Assembly: GCA_902627565.1 (NCBI GenBank)
Contig: CACOJM010000007.1
Location: 52 to 64,051 of the forward strand
Direction: 5' to 3'
DNA: 64,000 nt
Source: an uncultured Pelagibacteraceae bacterium
GTDB taxonomy: Bacteria > Pseudomonadota > Alphaproteobacteria > Pelagibacterales > Pelagibacteraceae
Shown here piece by piece: positions 48,971-58,705 of this stretch (position 1 is the first letter of the stretch; each line of letters starts with the position of its first letter). The translations under genes and the position numbers were made by a program. The notes beneath the pieces are model-generated. The model had not been told where the DNA came from. It saw only the letters and a program-made list of their open reading frames with translations, and did no database searches.

Positions 48971-51022
48971 TTATTTTTTCTTTATTAATTCAGTATTATT
49001 TATATTAATAGCCATACAAGTAATATCATCTCTTAATTTTTCAGCACCCCAATTTAACTCTTTCTCAATTGACTCAACAATAGTCTTTGGTGTCACTTCG
49101 GACATACTATCTATAATCTTTTGTACTCCTTCGGCTCCTAATTCTTCACCATTTTTTAAATAGCCTTCCGTTACACCGTCAGTATAAACAACAAATGTCT
49201 TATCTTTTAGGTTCATAGTATTGGATTTAACCATAGACTCTGTAAAATATTTAACAATTCCAATGGGTGGCATTTCTGACTTTATATATTCATAATTTTT
49301 ATTTTGATCAAAAGTTAAAATACTTTCGTGCCCTGCATTAATAAATACGAGTTCTCCAGTTTTGATATTTAGTTTTCCAAAAACAGCAGTTACAAACATC
49401 CCTTTAAATTTTGCCTCAACAAGCTCATTGTTCACTCCAAAGACAACTTTTTCTAAAGGGAATTTTAAATTAGTAAGTGTTCTAAATATTGACGATGCTT
49501 TTGCCATATACATACCAGCTTTAACTCCTTTTCCTGATACGTCGGCTAATGTAAAAAAGTACTCTTCTGGTGTTGCTCTTACCACATCAAAATAATCTCC
49601 TGATACATCTCTTGCTGGTACGTTTTTGGCAAAGATAAAGTTTTCAAATTTTGAGATATCTGGAAATAAACTTTTTTGAACTCCAGCAGCTAATTCTCTT
49701 TCTTTCAAAAGTTTCGCTTCTTTTTGTAAATTATCTAAAGCAATTTTATTTTCCTCAATAAATCTAAAATAAAGACCAGTTAAAAAAGTAATTGTAACAA
49801 TAAATATTGGATAACTCATATCAATAAGTTCAGATCTAAATTTATAGATAGAAAATCCAATAATTATTATTGCTAAAAGATTTCCAAAGAAAATAGATAA
49901 ACTATATTTCGGTTTTATTTTTTGAGAAAGAATGAATGTGATTAAAGCTACAATAATTGAAAATAATAACTCAAAAATATAAGTGTTTGGATTTCTAATT
50001 AAATAAGATTGATCTAAAATATTTTCAATTACATTCGCATGAACTTCTACTCCTGGAACAGTTACTCCTAAAGGAGTTTTAACTAGATCGAACAGTCCTT
50101 GGGCAGATGCTCCTATTAAAACATATTTATCTTTAAAAAAATCTGATTGAAATTTACCATCATAAACATCTCCAGCAGAGATATATTGTTTTTTATCTGA
50201 TTTTTTATATTTGATCCAAATTATACCATTAGGGTCTGAACTTATCTTATAAGGTCTTGCACTTATTCTATTAATCCCAACTTCATTTAATTCTACATAA
50301 ATATTTTTTTGATTAGACCCAACTCGAACCATTTCAAGCCCCATAGTTGGATATAGTTTTTTATTAAATTGAACAATAAGAGGTAAAGATCTTATAATTC
50401 CATCTAACTGATCTAAAAATGATATTGAACCTAATCCTTTTACGTCTTTTTCTAATATTTCAAGAGATCCAATTGAATAAGGGTATGAGTAAGTAAATTG
50501 CTTTGGATCTCCTCCTTTAGACAAAAATCTTGCTTTTGCTTTTCGATCATAATTGGAATGGGAAGGAACATTGCTTCCTAAAACTGCAATTATTGATTTA
50601 GACTCTTTTAATTTTTCAGAAAAGATATCATCAGGACCTTTTAATTTTTGAAGTTCAGCAACATCAGAAGGTATTAAATCGTAAGACTTAATTATTTCAT
50701 CAGGTGACTGTTTATCTTTTTCAGTAAAAAAAATATCAAACCCAATCGCTTTAGGGCTTGATGTATTGAGTTGATCAAGTATTTTTGCAAAGACATTTCT
50801 GTTCCACGGGAATTGTCCAAATTTTCCTAAACTCTCTTCATCTATATCAATAATTACAACTTCACTATCTTTTTTTTCTGCGAACACTTTTTGATAAAGA
50901 TCAAAACTAAGATATGAAACTGATTTGATAAATGAAGGATTGATTATCTTTAAAGAAATAAGAAGTAAAAGAACCAGTAAGAAAATTAAATAATTCTTGT
51001 GTTTTTGGAAAAATACTCTCAC
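48971..51022 (-). CDS. CHASE2 sensor fused to a SpoIIE/RsbU-type PP2C phosphatase
   Basis: CHASE2 motifs (IIDIDEESL..GQFPWNR, IGFDIFF, DGIIR, VLIG, TP..PGVEVHA), three TMs, then VSGDYFD, ADVSGKG, NAGH, YTDGVTE, DDIT. Confidence 0.9.
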   Translation of the reverse strand: MRVFFQKHKNYLIFLLVLLLLISLKIINPSFIKSVSYLSFDLYQKVFAEKKDSEVVIIDIDEESLGKFGQFPWNRNVFAKILDQLNTSSPKAIGFDIFFTEKDKQSPDEIIKSYDLIPSDVAELQKLKGPDDIFSEKLKESKSIIAVLGSNVPSHSNYDRKAKARFLSKGGDPKQFTYSYPYSIGSLEILEKDVKGLGSISFLDQLDGIIRSLPLIVQFNKKLYPTMGLEMVRVGSNQKNIYVELNEVGINRISARPYKISSDPNGIIWIKYKKSDKKQYISAGDVYDGKFQSDFFKDKYVLIGASAQGLFDLVKTPLGVTVPGVEVHANVIENILDQSYLIRNPNTYIFELLFSIIVALITFILSQKIKPKYSLSIFFGNLLAIIIIGFSIYKFRSELIDMSYPIFIVTITFLTGLYFRFIEENKIALDNLQKEAKLLKERELAAGVQKSLFPDISKFENFIFAKNVPARDVSGDYFDVVRATPEEYFFTLADVSGKGVKAGMYMAKASSIFRTLTNLKFPLEKVVFGVNNELVEAKFKGMFVTAVFGKLNIKTGELVFINAGHESILTFDQNKNYEYIKSEMPPIGIVKYFTESMVKSNTMNLKDKTFVVYTDGVTEGYLKNGEELGAEGVQKIIDSMSEVTPKTIVESIEKELNWGAEKLRDDITCMAININNTELIKKK

Positions 51023-51080
51023 TACACAAATCTATATTTAATTTAAATAAAGTAAATAAATCTTAATGAAAAAGTACTAA

Positions 51081-52352
51081 CTACTTCTTTCTTCTTCTTT
51101 TCTTCTTAGCTTTTCTCTTCTTAGCTGCTTTTTTCTTTTTAACTATTCTTTTCTTTTTAACAACTTTTTTCTTTTTCTTAGGTTTTTTCTTAACTACTTT
51201 TTTCTTTTTCTTAGGTTTTTTCTTAACTGCTTTTTTCTTTTTCTTAGCTGGTTTTTTCTTCACTGCTTTCTTTTTAGTAGCTTTTTTCTTGACTGCTTTC
51301 TTTTTAGTAGCTTTTTTCTTCACTGCTTTTTTCTTAGTAGCTTTTTTCTTAGTAGCTTTTTTCTTTTTACCTTTTTTCTTTTCAGCTTTAGCTTTTTTCT
51401 TTTTACCTTTTTTCTTAGTAGCTTTTTTCTTTTTACCTTTTTTCTTTTTGCCTTTATCTAATGCTGCATCTTTTTTAGCTTTTTTCTTTTCTGCTTTAGC
51501 TTTTTTCTTAGCTTTTTTCTCTGCTCTATCAGCTTTGATTGCTACTTTTTTCTCTTTATCTTTTTGAATATTTTGTTTTATGATTGTTTTAATTTCTTCT
51601 TTTTCAAAGCCCATTTGTTTTAATTCTTTTTTTAAACTTTTTCTTAATTGTTTTCGCTCGGCTTTTGTAGAATCCGGTGAAAGTTTAGCAACTCTCAATG
51701 CCTTCATTTTCTTATTAAATTTTTTTAATTGATTTTTTGTTATCTTTCTAGCTTGGCCTGGCGCCTTTCCTTTTGTCATTGAAGTCATGCTATAAGGATT
51801 ATCTAATAAAGTTTGACCAAATTTATTTCCAACAAGAACTGCTCCTGGTCTCATGCCAAGTGTATTATTTTTTCCAGGACCTACTAATAAAGTATCTGTT
51901 TTTCCTTTTGATACAATGGTTTGAAATTCTGTACCTCTTGAACCTAAAGTTCCTTCTGGTACTTCAACTGTTAAACTGTCAGGATTTTTTTTGCTAATTA
52001 ATCCTGAGATAACTTTTAAACTTCCTTGTTTAACACTTGCAACTATTTTTCCATCATTAGTTGATGGATCAAAAACAAAAGTATCCATTACTACTTCTGA
52101 GTCTTCTCCAATGGTAAAAGTTGATTGATCTAAAAGTAAAATTTGTGTTCCTGATCCTGCTCCAGCAAGAATTGTTTCATTTAAATAAATTTTATCACCA
52201 GCTTTTAATTGCCTAGTTTCGGTTTTGACAGTACCTGATATAGCACCTACAATTCCAACTAGTTGTTTTTCAATAGTTAATTTTTCCTCTGCATTTGAGT
52301 TTACACTCAATAAGAAAATCAAACCAAAGACAGTTGATAAAATTTTTTTCAT
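51081..52352 (-). CDS. Periplasmic FecR-domain protein with histone H1-like Lys-rich C-terminal tail
   Basis: Signal peptide; GDKIY..E.I...QILLLDQSTFTIGEDS, SGLISK, TLGSRGTEF (FecR-like); last ~123 aa are about 70% K/R. Confidence 0.8.
   Translation of the reverse strand: MKKILSTVFGLIFLLSVNSNAEEKLTIEKQLVGIVGAISGTVKTETRQLKAGDKIYLNETILAGAGSGTQILLLDQSTFTIGEDSEVVMDTFVFDPSTNDGKIVASVKQGSLKVISGLISKKNPDSLTVEVPEGTLGSRGTEFQTIVSKGKTDTLLVGPGKNNTLGMRPGAVLVGNKFGQTLLDNPYSMTSMTKGKAPGQARKITKNQLKKFNKKMKALRVAKLSPDSTKAERKQLRKSLKKELKQMGFEKEEIKTIIKQNIQKDKEKKVAIKADRAEKKAKKKAKAEKKKAKKDAALDKGKKKKGKKKKATKKKGKKKKAKAEKKKGKKKKATKKKATKKKAVKKKATKKKAVKKKATKKKAVKKKPAKKKKKAVKKKPKKKKKVVKKKPKKKKKVVKKKRIVKKKKAAKKRKAKKKRRRKK
51084..51452 (-). 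repeat. Tandem 15/30/33-nt coding repeats (KKKAT/KKKAV; KKKPKKKKKVV)
   Basis: For example, three near-identical 30-mers at 51251-51340. Confidence 0.85.
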
Positions 52353-52472
52353 TTTGCAAAAAGTAGCAAAATTTAGAAAAAAAACAAACTTTAAAAACCA
52401 AAAAAAAACTCATTTTGGTCATCGATTTTAAGTGTTTTTGGTAAATTTTGAGTTAAAAAATTAATAGTAATT

Positions 52473-53777
52473 TTAGTTAAGCCTAAATCCTCTTGAGAAA
52501 CTTAAAGACAAAGAATCAGTTATATAATCATAGTTAAGCATATTAGCTTCTGAAAAAAGTCTCTCATATGACAAGTTAATAAATAAAGATCTGTTTGGAT
52601 CGATCTGCGGAAATATGTCCCCTATAGCTTTAGTTAACATAACATCAAAAGTGTTTGTGTAATCTGATCTAATTTTTTTGGAAGTTACAGATGAATCTTC
52701 TTTTTTATAATCATTGAACCCAATAGAATTACTTACAGCAATATAAGCCCATGGAAAGGCAAAATTTACTCCTAAACCAAAATCATAAGTTTCATAATCG
52801 TTACCTGCATCAACTCTGGCATCTGTATCGCTGTATCCTAAACTTAAATTTGTTGAAATAATTGGAGTTAATATAAAATCATGTCCAAAAGTAAAACTAT
52901 GCCCAACAGAATTAGTTTCATTTGCTGTTGTGTCCATTGAATTGTCATTTCCTTTTGAATTAGAGTAAGCATATCCATAACTAAATGAATTCCTTTCACC
53001 AACTGAAAAGAAACCACCTACACCATACATTTTTGAAAAACTGTCTGCATCGTGCTGGTAATCTGATTTACTTAACATTAGGTAGGGACTTAAACTCTGG
53101 TTTCCTAATACAGTATCTAAGGCTAAAGTAAGACCATAACTTTGAAAATCATCGTCACTTTCATAATATTGTTCTGAAAGAGAATGAGAAGCATTAATTA
53201 AAAAAGACGACTCTTCTCCGATAGGTCTTGTTGCTGATATTCCAAGACCACCACTTAAGGTTCTGTCATGCATCGCAGAATTAAAACCAACCACACTTCC
53301 AGACTCTTCTTTGGTTCTTGTTTTTGAAACACTGTTAACATTGTTTGAGAAAAGACTTCCTACTGAAATATCTGCAGTTAAATTCCAAAGGCTCGGTTCT
53401 CTATCTCTTAATTCTTCCTCAATTTCTAATAAAGTTTCTAAATCTTCTTGCTCTAAATCTTTCATCAATTTCATTTCCTCTATAATCGTGTTTGCTTTCT
53501 CAGGAGAGTCAACCTGAACCAAAATCGATAACAGTAATAATTTTATTTCAGTGTTATCAGGATAAAGCATATTAAGTCTTTCAAGTGTAGAAATTGTTTG
53601 TTTGAAATTTCCCATCTTACCTTGTTGTTGGGCGTACTTTAAATTCAAATCTAAATCATTAGGCTTTTGTAAAATTTGCATATAGGTAATATTTTTTTCC
53701 GATGAAAAAACAGAGGTCGTGATCAACAATATAGTTGAGACAAATAATATTTTTATTCTGTTTGAACTTAAAAACAT
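52473..53777 (-). CDS. TPR plus outer-membrane beta-barrel protein (Slam/NsrA-like architecture)
   Basis: Signal peptide; TPR-like PNDLDLNLKYA..TLERLNMLYPDN; SNNVN motif; alternating Gly/aromatic beta strands. Confidence 0.7.
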   Translation of the reverse strand: MFLSSNRIKILFVSTILLITTSVFSSEKNITYMQILQKPNDLDLNLKYAQQQGKMGNFKQTISTLERLNMLYPDNTEIKLLLLSILVQVDSPEKANTIIEEMKLMKDLEQEDLETLLEIEEELRDREPSLWNLTADISVGSLFSNNVNSVSKTRTKEESGSVVGFNSAMHDRTLSGGLGISATRPIGEESSFLINASHSLSEQYYESDDDFQSYGLTLALDTVLGNQSLSPYLMLSKSDYQHDADSFSKMYGVGGFFSVGERNSFSYGYAYSNSKGNDNSMDTTANETNSVGHSFTFGHDFILTPIISTNLSLGYSDTDARVDAGNDYETYDFGLGVNFAFPWAYIAVSNSIGFNDYKKEDSSVTSKKIRSDYTNTFDVMLTKAIGDIFPQIDPNRSLFINLSYERLFSEANMLNYDYITDSLSLSFSRGFRLN

Positions 53778-53823
53778 AAGAAACGAAAGATATAAGCTAT
53801 ATTATTTTTTTCAATTAATAATT

Positions 53824-54264
53824 TTAATTACACTCGGATTTGTCGATAGCGCCTGTGTTATCTGTTGTTATTTTACAGTCACCAAGTCCCTTGGCCACGG
53901 CTGTATAAGCGGTCACATTTTGAGTATAAGTACAATATACAAAACCACCCGCTTCAACATCTATGTAATTAGCTTTTCCAAATAATTGGGTTCCAATTGT
54001 AGATGTAGTAGTTGCATTAGCATCGCATTCTTCTTCCGCAGCTGCTGTATCACAATATTCACCAGCAGATGAAAAATATGATGCACAATCAGCATAGTGA
54101 TCTGTTTGAGCTAAGCCGATTTGCATTAAAACGTTTTCAGCTGCTTTTTTTTTTGAGCCTTCTACATAACCATTGTATGAGACAGTTCCAACTGCAGATA
54201 AAATTCCGATAATTGCAACAACAACTAAGAGCTCGATTAAAGTAAATCCCGAGCTCTTAGTCAT
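53824..54264 (-). CDS. Type IV pilin (PilE-like, probably minor)
   Basis: G|FTLIELLVVVAIIGILS class III signal; six Cys. Confidence 0.9.
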   Translation of the reverse strand: MTKSSGFTLIELLVVVAIIGILSAVGTVSYNGYVEGSKKKAAENVLMQIGLAQTDHYADCASYFSSAGEYCDTAAAEEECDANATTTSTIGTQLFGKANYIDVEAGGFVYCTYTQNVTAYTAVAKGLGDCKITTDNTGAIDKSECN

Positions 54265-54278
54265 ATAATTTTTTATTC

Positions 54279-54818
54279 TTATTCTAAAGAAATTGAATCT
54301 TCTACATTATCATTATCACCACTATCAAATTTTGATGTAATTGAAATAGTGTTTCCTGAAGATCCATCAAGTTGAACATAGCCTAAAGCATTTTCACCAC
54401 AGCTTGACTCTGTTTCCGTTTCTGATTCAGTAGAAGCTTCAGCATCACCCTCTGCTTCCATAACTGCCGCACAACCTGTATCGAATGGATTTTTATCACC
54501 CAAAATCGAGTTTTCAGTAACATGTGTTACTACATCAGCCCCAGCTGTACTATCATTTACTGATGATACATAGTCTGAGCAAGCCATACCATTTGAACCA
54601 GTGTTATCTTTTAAGATTGTTGCGCCACTATCTAAGCTACACTTTTTTGTTTCTGCTGCTAGCACTTTAACAACATTAGCATGAATAGTTTTCACTGCAT
54701 TTTTCTTGGCAGCATTTGTATATCCATTGTATGCAACAACACCCACTGCGGCTAGAATACCAATGATTGCAACAACAACCAATAATTCTATTAAAGTAAA
54801 ACCTTTATTGTTTTTCAT
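54279..54818 (-). CDS. pilA: Type IV pilin (probable major pilin)
   Basis: KG|FTLIELLVVVAIIGILAA; GAGGG RBS; own promoter region. Confidence 0.85.
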   Translation of the reverse strand: MKNNKGFTLIELLVVVAIIGILAAVGVVAYNGYTNAAKKNAVKTIHANVVKVLAAETKKCSLDSGATILKDNTGSNGMACSDYVSSVNDSTAGADVVTHVTENSILGDKNPFDTGCAAVMEAEGDAEASTESETETESSCGENALGYVQLDGSSGNTISITSKFDSGDNDNVEDSISLE

Positions 54819-54921
54819 TTTATCCCTCTTTATATTATTTATATTATTATTCTTATTAATAATTTCTAATATGTAAATACTTTTTAAGTGTTTAATAATC
54901 TAACAAAAATAAGTGTTTTTA

Positions 54922-54932
54922 CCCAAATTGGG
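54922..54932. promoter_or_regulatory. CCCAAATTGGG palindrome (motif copy 2) in the divergent pilin/STAS promoter
   Basis: CCCAA-A-TTGGG, GC-rich within an AT-rich spacer. Confidence 0.55.
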
Positions 54933-54989
54933 CAAAAATATTACTATTTGATATTTATTTATGTTATCAGTTAAAAATATTACAAATTT

Positions 54990-55289
54990 ATGACTTATAA
55001 AGTTACAGAAGAAGGAAACGTCAGTACTGTTTTTTTAAATGGTGAAATAGATATGGATGTTACTGAAAAAGCTAAAGAGCAAATTTTGCCTTTAGTTGAA
55101 GCTGGTAAAGAAGTTCACCTAAATTTAAAAGATGTTTCTTACATGGACTCTTCTGGAATTTCTATTCTTATTGAAAGCCATCAAAAGGCTCTTGAATTGA
55201 ATACTAAAGTCATAATCAAAGAGGTAAGTAAATCTGTTTTAAAAGTTATTATGATGGCTAAACTTGAGCAGATATTAAACTTAGAATAA
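54990..55289 (+). CDS. STAS-domain anti-anti-sigma factor (RsbV/SpoIIAA-like)
   Basis: LNGEID, LNLKDVSYMDSSGI with the phospho-acceptor Ser. Confidence 0.92.
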   Translation: MTYKVTEEGNVSTVFLNGEIDMDVTEKAKEQILPLVEAGKEVHLNLKDVSYMDSSGISILIESHQKALELNTKVIIKEVSKSVLKVIMMAKLEQILNLE

Positions 55290-55702
55290 TGAACATTCAA
55301 GAATCTAAAGATTTTTTAGTTAGTACTGCTAGTTTAAAAGAAGTACGAACTTTTTCTAGAGAAGTGTTTGAAAAAATAAATTTACCACAAGATCAAAAAG
55401 ATGAACTTGTATTAGCTATTGCTGAAGCTGCTCAAAATATTGTTAAACATGCTTACAAAGATGTTGTTGAAACTTCAGACAGAATGGAAATTAAAATTTC
55501 ACTTAAAGATAAGGATTTAGAAATAGGTTTTTTTGACAAAGGTAAAGCAGTAATACCTGAAAATATCAAACACAGAAAATTAGACGATATTAAACCTGGT
55601 GGACTTGGAACTTTTTTCATCAAGCAGATTATGGATGCTGCTGTTTTTAAAAAAGATCAAAAAGAATGGGTAAACCACTTAGTGCTTACAAAAAAAATTT
55701 AG
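55289..55702 (+). CDS. RsbW/SpoIIAB-like Ser kinase / anti-sigma factor
   Basis: LAIAEAAQNIVKHAY (N box), FDKG, GGLGTFFI; translationally coupled to the STAS gene. Confidence 0.9.
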   Translation: MNIQESKDFLVSTASLKEVRTFSREVFEKINLPQDQKDELVLAIAEAAQNIVKHAYKDVVETSDRMEIKISLKDKDLEIGFFDKGKAVIPENIKHRKLDDIKPGGLGTFFIKQIMDAAVFKKDQKEWVNHLVLTKKI

Positions 55703-56934
55703 CCTATTAATGCTCCAACATTAAAGATTGGAGAGTACATCGCAATCATCAAACCACCGATCATCACTCCCATAAAAACAATCATAATTGGTTCAATCAA
55801 ACTTGACATGTTATCAACTGTTGTATCGAATTCTTCCTCATAATAAGTTGCAACTGATCCAAACATTTCATCTAATTGACCTGTCTGTTCACCAACAGAA
55901 ATAAGTTGGCTGAACGTTGGTGGAAATAAAGGTTCTTTTAAAAAAAGTTTTGTTAAAGTATCTCCTGAAAAAACACCCTTCTTAACATTTTCTAAAGCTT
56001 CAGTTACAACAACATTGTTGCTGACTGATTTTGCAATCTCAATACTCTCTAATAAATTAACGCCCGCTGCACTTAAATTTCCTAGAATTAATGAAATTCT
56101 AGCTAGTAAAGATTTTAAAATCATTTCTCCAAATACTGGTAATTTTAAAATTTGTTTATGCCATCTATATTGAAATGCAGCATTTTTTGTTGTTAAATAT
56201 CTAAAGATAACCACAAATGAAATAATTGAAATAAGCATAACTAATCCACCTGTTCCTCTTAAAAAATCACTCATCGACATAATTACTGCTGTTGGTTTTG
56301 GTAAAGCTAATCCCATACCTTCATACATCTTAGCAAAAACTGGCACTACTTTGATTAACATAAATGCACTGACAGTTATCGCTACGGAAAACATTATTGA
56401 TGGGTACATTAATGCAGATTTTATTTTCTTTTTTATCTTTTCTTTTTTTTCAAGTGAGTCCACTATCTTTAAAAGAAAAACATCTAGTTTACCACTGGCC
56501 TCACCAGCTTTAATTAAATTACAATAAACATTATCAAAATATTGTGGATATTTTTCAAAACATTTAGACAATGTTACACCACCCTCAAGGCTTTTTCTGA
56601 TGTCTTCAATTACTTCTTTAATAGCAGGACTTTCTAATTGATCTCTTAACATGCCTAGAACCTCAAGTATTGGCAGACCTGCCTTTACCATAGTTGCAAA
56701 TTGTTTTGAAAAAATTAAAACGTCCTCTACTTTTACTTTTTTCTTTCCAAATGAAAAACCTGCACCTTTTGCTTTAGTTTTAGCCTCTCCTTTTTTCTTT
56801 TTTGCTCTAATTAGATTAGTAATTATGATTTTTTGTTCTTTAAGTTTATGAGATGCCTCTTCCTGATTAATAGCCTCAATATCACCCGTTACGTATTTCC
56901 CGTCTGCGATACCTTTATATGTGAAAGCTTCCAT
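55699..56934 (-). CDS. pilC: Type IV pilus platform protein PilC
   Basis: QFATMVKAGLP, AGEASGKLD, KSALMYP, VGEQTGQLD, IEP, MYSPIF. Confidence 0.93.
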   Translation of the reverse strand: MEAFTYKGIADGKYVTGDIEAINQEEASHKLKEQKIIITNLIRAKKKKGEAKTKAKGAGFSFGKKKVKVEDVLIFSKQFATMVKAGLPILEVLGMLRDQLESPAIKEVIEDIRKSLEGGVTLSKCFEKYPQYFDNVYCNLIKAGEASGKLDVFLLKIVDSLEKKEKIKKKIKSALMYPSIMFSVAITVSAFMLIKVVPVFAKMYEGMGLALPKPTAVIMSMSDFLRGTGGLVMLISIISFVVIFRYLTTKNAAFQYRWHKQILKLPVFGEMILKSLLARISLILGNLSAAGVNLLESIEIAKSVSNNVVVTEALENVKKGVFSGDTLTKLFLKEPLFPPTFSQLISVGEQTGQLDEMFGSVATYYEEEFDTTVDNMSSLIEPIMIVFMGVMIGGLMIAMYSPIFNVGALIG

Positions 56935-56953
56935 TACTCTTTATATATACTAA

Positions 56954-58705
56954 TTATGAAGCTGATAAAACCCGTTCATACTCCCTAAAATTAAGCTCCC
57001 CATTCGCAATTAGTCTTCTACCCATATCTTGCATGGTTTGAAAACCCTCTTTTATTGCAATTTCTCTTAATTCAGGTGTTGTTGCCTTTCTAAGTATTGC
57101 CTCTTTAACAGGTTTTGAAACTACCAAAATTTCATAAAGACCCTGTCTTCCCTTATAGCCAGTATCTTTACATTTAGCGCAACCTTTTCCTTTTACAGCT
57201 TTTACTCTAGAAGCTTGTTCTGGAGAAAAACCTAAATCCTGTAAAACCTTTGGATTAACATCGTCGTCTGGAACCCTACACTCTTTGCAAGTTCTTCTTG
57301 CTAATCTTTGTGCTAAAACTAATTGGCAAGCAGCACTAATTAAATAATCAGGTGTTCCCATATTTTGTAATCTAGTAATTGTGCTTGGAGCATCATTGGT
57401 GTGCAAAGTACTAAATACTAAGTGTCCTGTTAATGCAGCTTTTAATCCTATATCAACAGTTTCTTTATCTCGCATCTCTCCAACTAGAATAATTTCTGGG
57501 TCTTGTCTTAAAAAAGATCTTAATGCTGCAGCAAAACTTAGTCCAATGTCGTCTTTTATCTGTACCTGTCCAACACCATCTAATTCATATTCTACCGGAT
57601 CTTCGGCTGTTAAAATATTTAAATGAGGCTTACTAACTTCTTTTAAGATACTATAAAGAGTTGTAGATTTACCAGATCCAGTTGGTCCAGTTACTAATAT
57701 TAATCCTTGAGTTGAATAAATCGCTTTTCTTAAATTTTTTAAATCTGCATCTTCAAAGTTTAGTTGTTCTAAAGTAATGTCTCCAGCATCTTTGTTTAAT
57801 ACCCGCATTACTATTCTCTCATTATTAGCTGTTGGTAAAATTGATAATCGTAAATCAACAACCTTTCCATCAATTTTAAAATTTATTGCTCCGTCTTGTG
57901 GTAATCGTCTTTCAGCAATATCTAATTTACCCATGATTTTAAATCGGGTTACTACTGCTCCATAATTATCATGAAGAAATTGTTTATATTGCTCTTGTTC
58001 TGTTAGCATTCCATCTAAACGATATCTTACTCTTGAAGAGAACCTGTAAGGTTCTATATGAATATCACTAACTCCTGATTTGATTGCTTCTGCAACAACT
58101 GCTGTACTAAATTTTATAACTTCAGACTCATTCTCTATAGCTTCTATATCTTCTTCAGGAGCTTTTTCTAAAACTTCACCTGCTTCACCTAGATCAGATT
58201 CAAAAGTTTTAGTTTTTTCCTTATTTTCTTTTCTAATTGTTGCAGTTGTAACATCTCCACTTTCCGATTGAAGTTTTTCTATAAATTCTGAAATCTGAGA
58301 TATCTTAGCAGCATGTAATTCAATATTTTTTTTTGTTATCGCTTTTAAATTTCTCATTAGACCAAGTTTTGAACTGTCAGAGATTGCAATATGAAGAGAT
58401 TTGCCTTCAACTTTAAATGGAGCTACAAAATTTACATTTATGTAATTTGAAGGTAGAACACTTTTAATTTCATCACTGATTTGAATTTTTGAAAGATCAA
58501 CAACTTCAAGACTCTGCTCTTTAACTAATACATCAAGGATTTTATCCTCATCTGTAAGCTTAAGTTCAAAAACTGCGTCTATCTGAGATTTATTTCCTTC
58601 AGTGCTAATTTTTTTAATGTTTATTAAATCTTTTCCAGAGATAATATCATTATCAATTAATACATTTATTAAGTTAATTTCACTTTCTCTACTAATTTTA
58701 AGCAT
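56954..58705 (-). CDS. pilB: Type IV pilus extension ATPase PilB
   Basis: SDIHIEP, ERRLPQDG, GPTGSGKSTT, EDPVE, LRQDPE, TGHLVFSTLHTN, tetra-Cys zinc motif. Confidence 0.93.
   Translation of the reverse strand: MLKISRESEINLINVLIDNDIISGKDLINIKKISTEGNKSQIDAVFELKLTDEDKILDVLVKEQSLEVVDLSKIQISDEIKSVLPSNYINVNFVAPFKVEGKSLHIAISDSSKLGLMRNLKAITKKNIELHAAKISQISEFIEKLQSESGDVTTATIRKENKEKTKTFESDLGEAGEVLEKAPEEDIEAIENESEVIKFSTAVVAEAIKSGVSDIHIEPYRFSSRVRYRLDGMLTEQEQYKQFLHDNYGAVVTRFKIMGKLDIAERRLPQDGAINFKIDGKVVDLRLSILPTANNERIVMRVLNKDAGDITLEQLNFEDADLKNLRKAIYSTQGLILVTGPTGSGKSTTLYSILKEVSKPHLNILTAEDPVEYELDGVGQVQIKDDIGLSFAAALRSFLRQDPEIILVGEMRDKETVDIGLKAALTGHLVFSTLHTNDAPSTITRLQNMGTPDYLISAACQLVLAQRLARRTCKECRVPDDDVNPKVLQDLGFSPEQASRVKAVKGKGCAKCKDTGYKGRQGLYEILVVSKPVKEAILRKATTPELREIAIKEGFQTMQDMGRRLIANGELNFREYERVLSAS

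Noticed and set aside
51289-51567. Phe-rich plus-strand ORF (also 60929-61123)
   Set aside because: Antisense shadow of poly-Lys codons.
52426-52439. TAAGTGTTT shared between the FecR upstream region and the pilin promoter (54885, 54910)
   Set aside because: Short and AT-rich; not distinguishable from chance without a genome-wide background.
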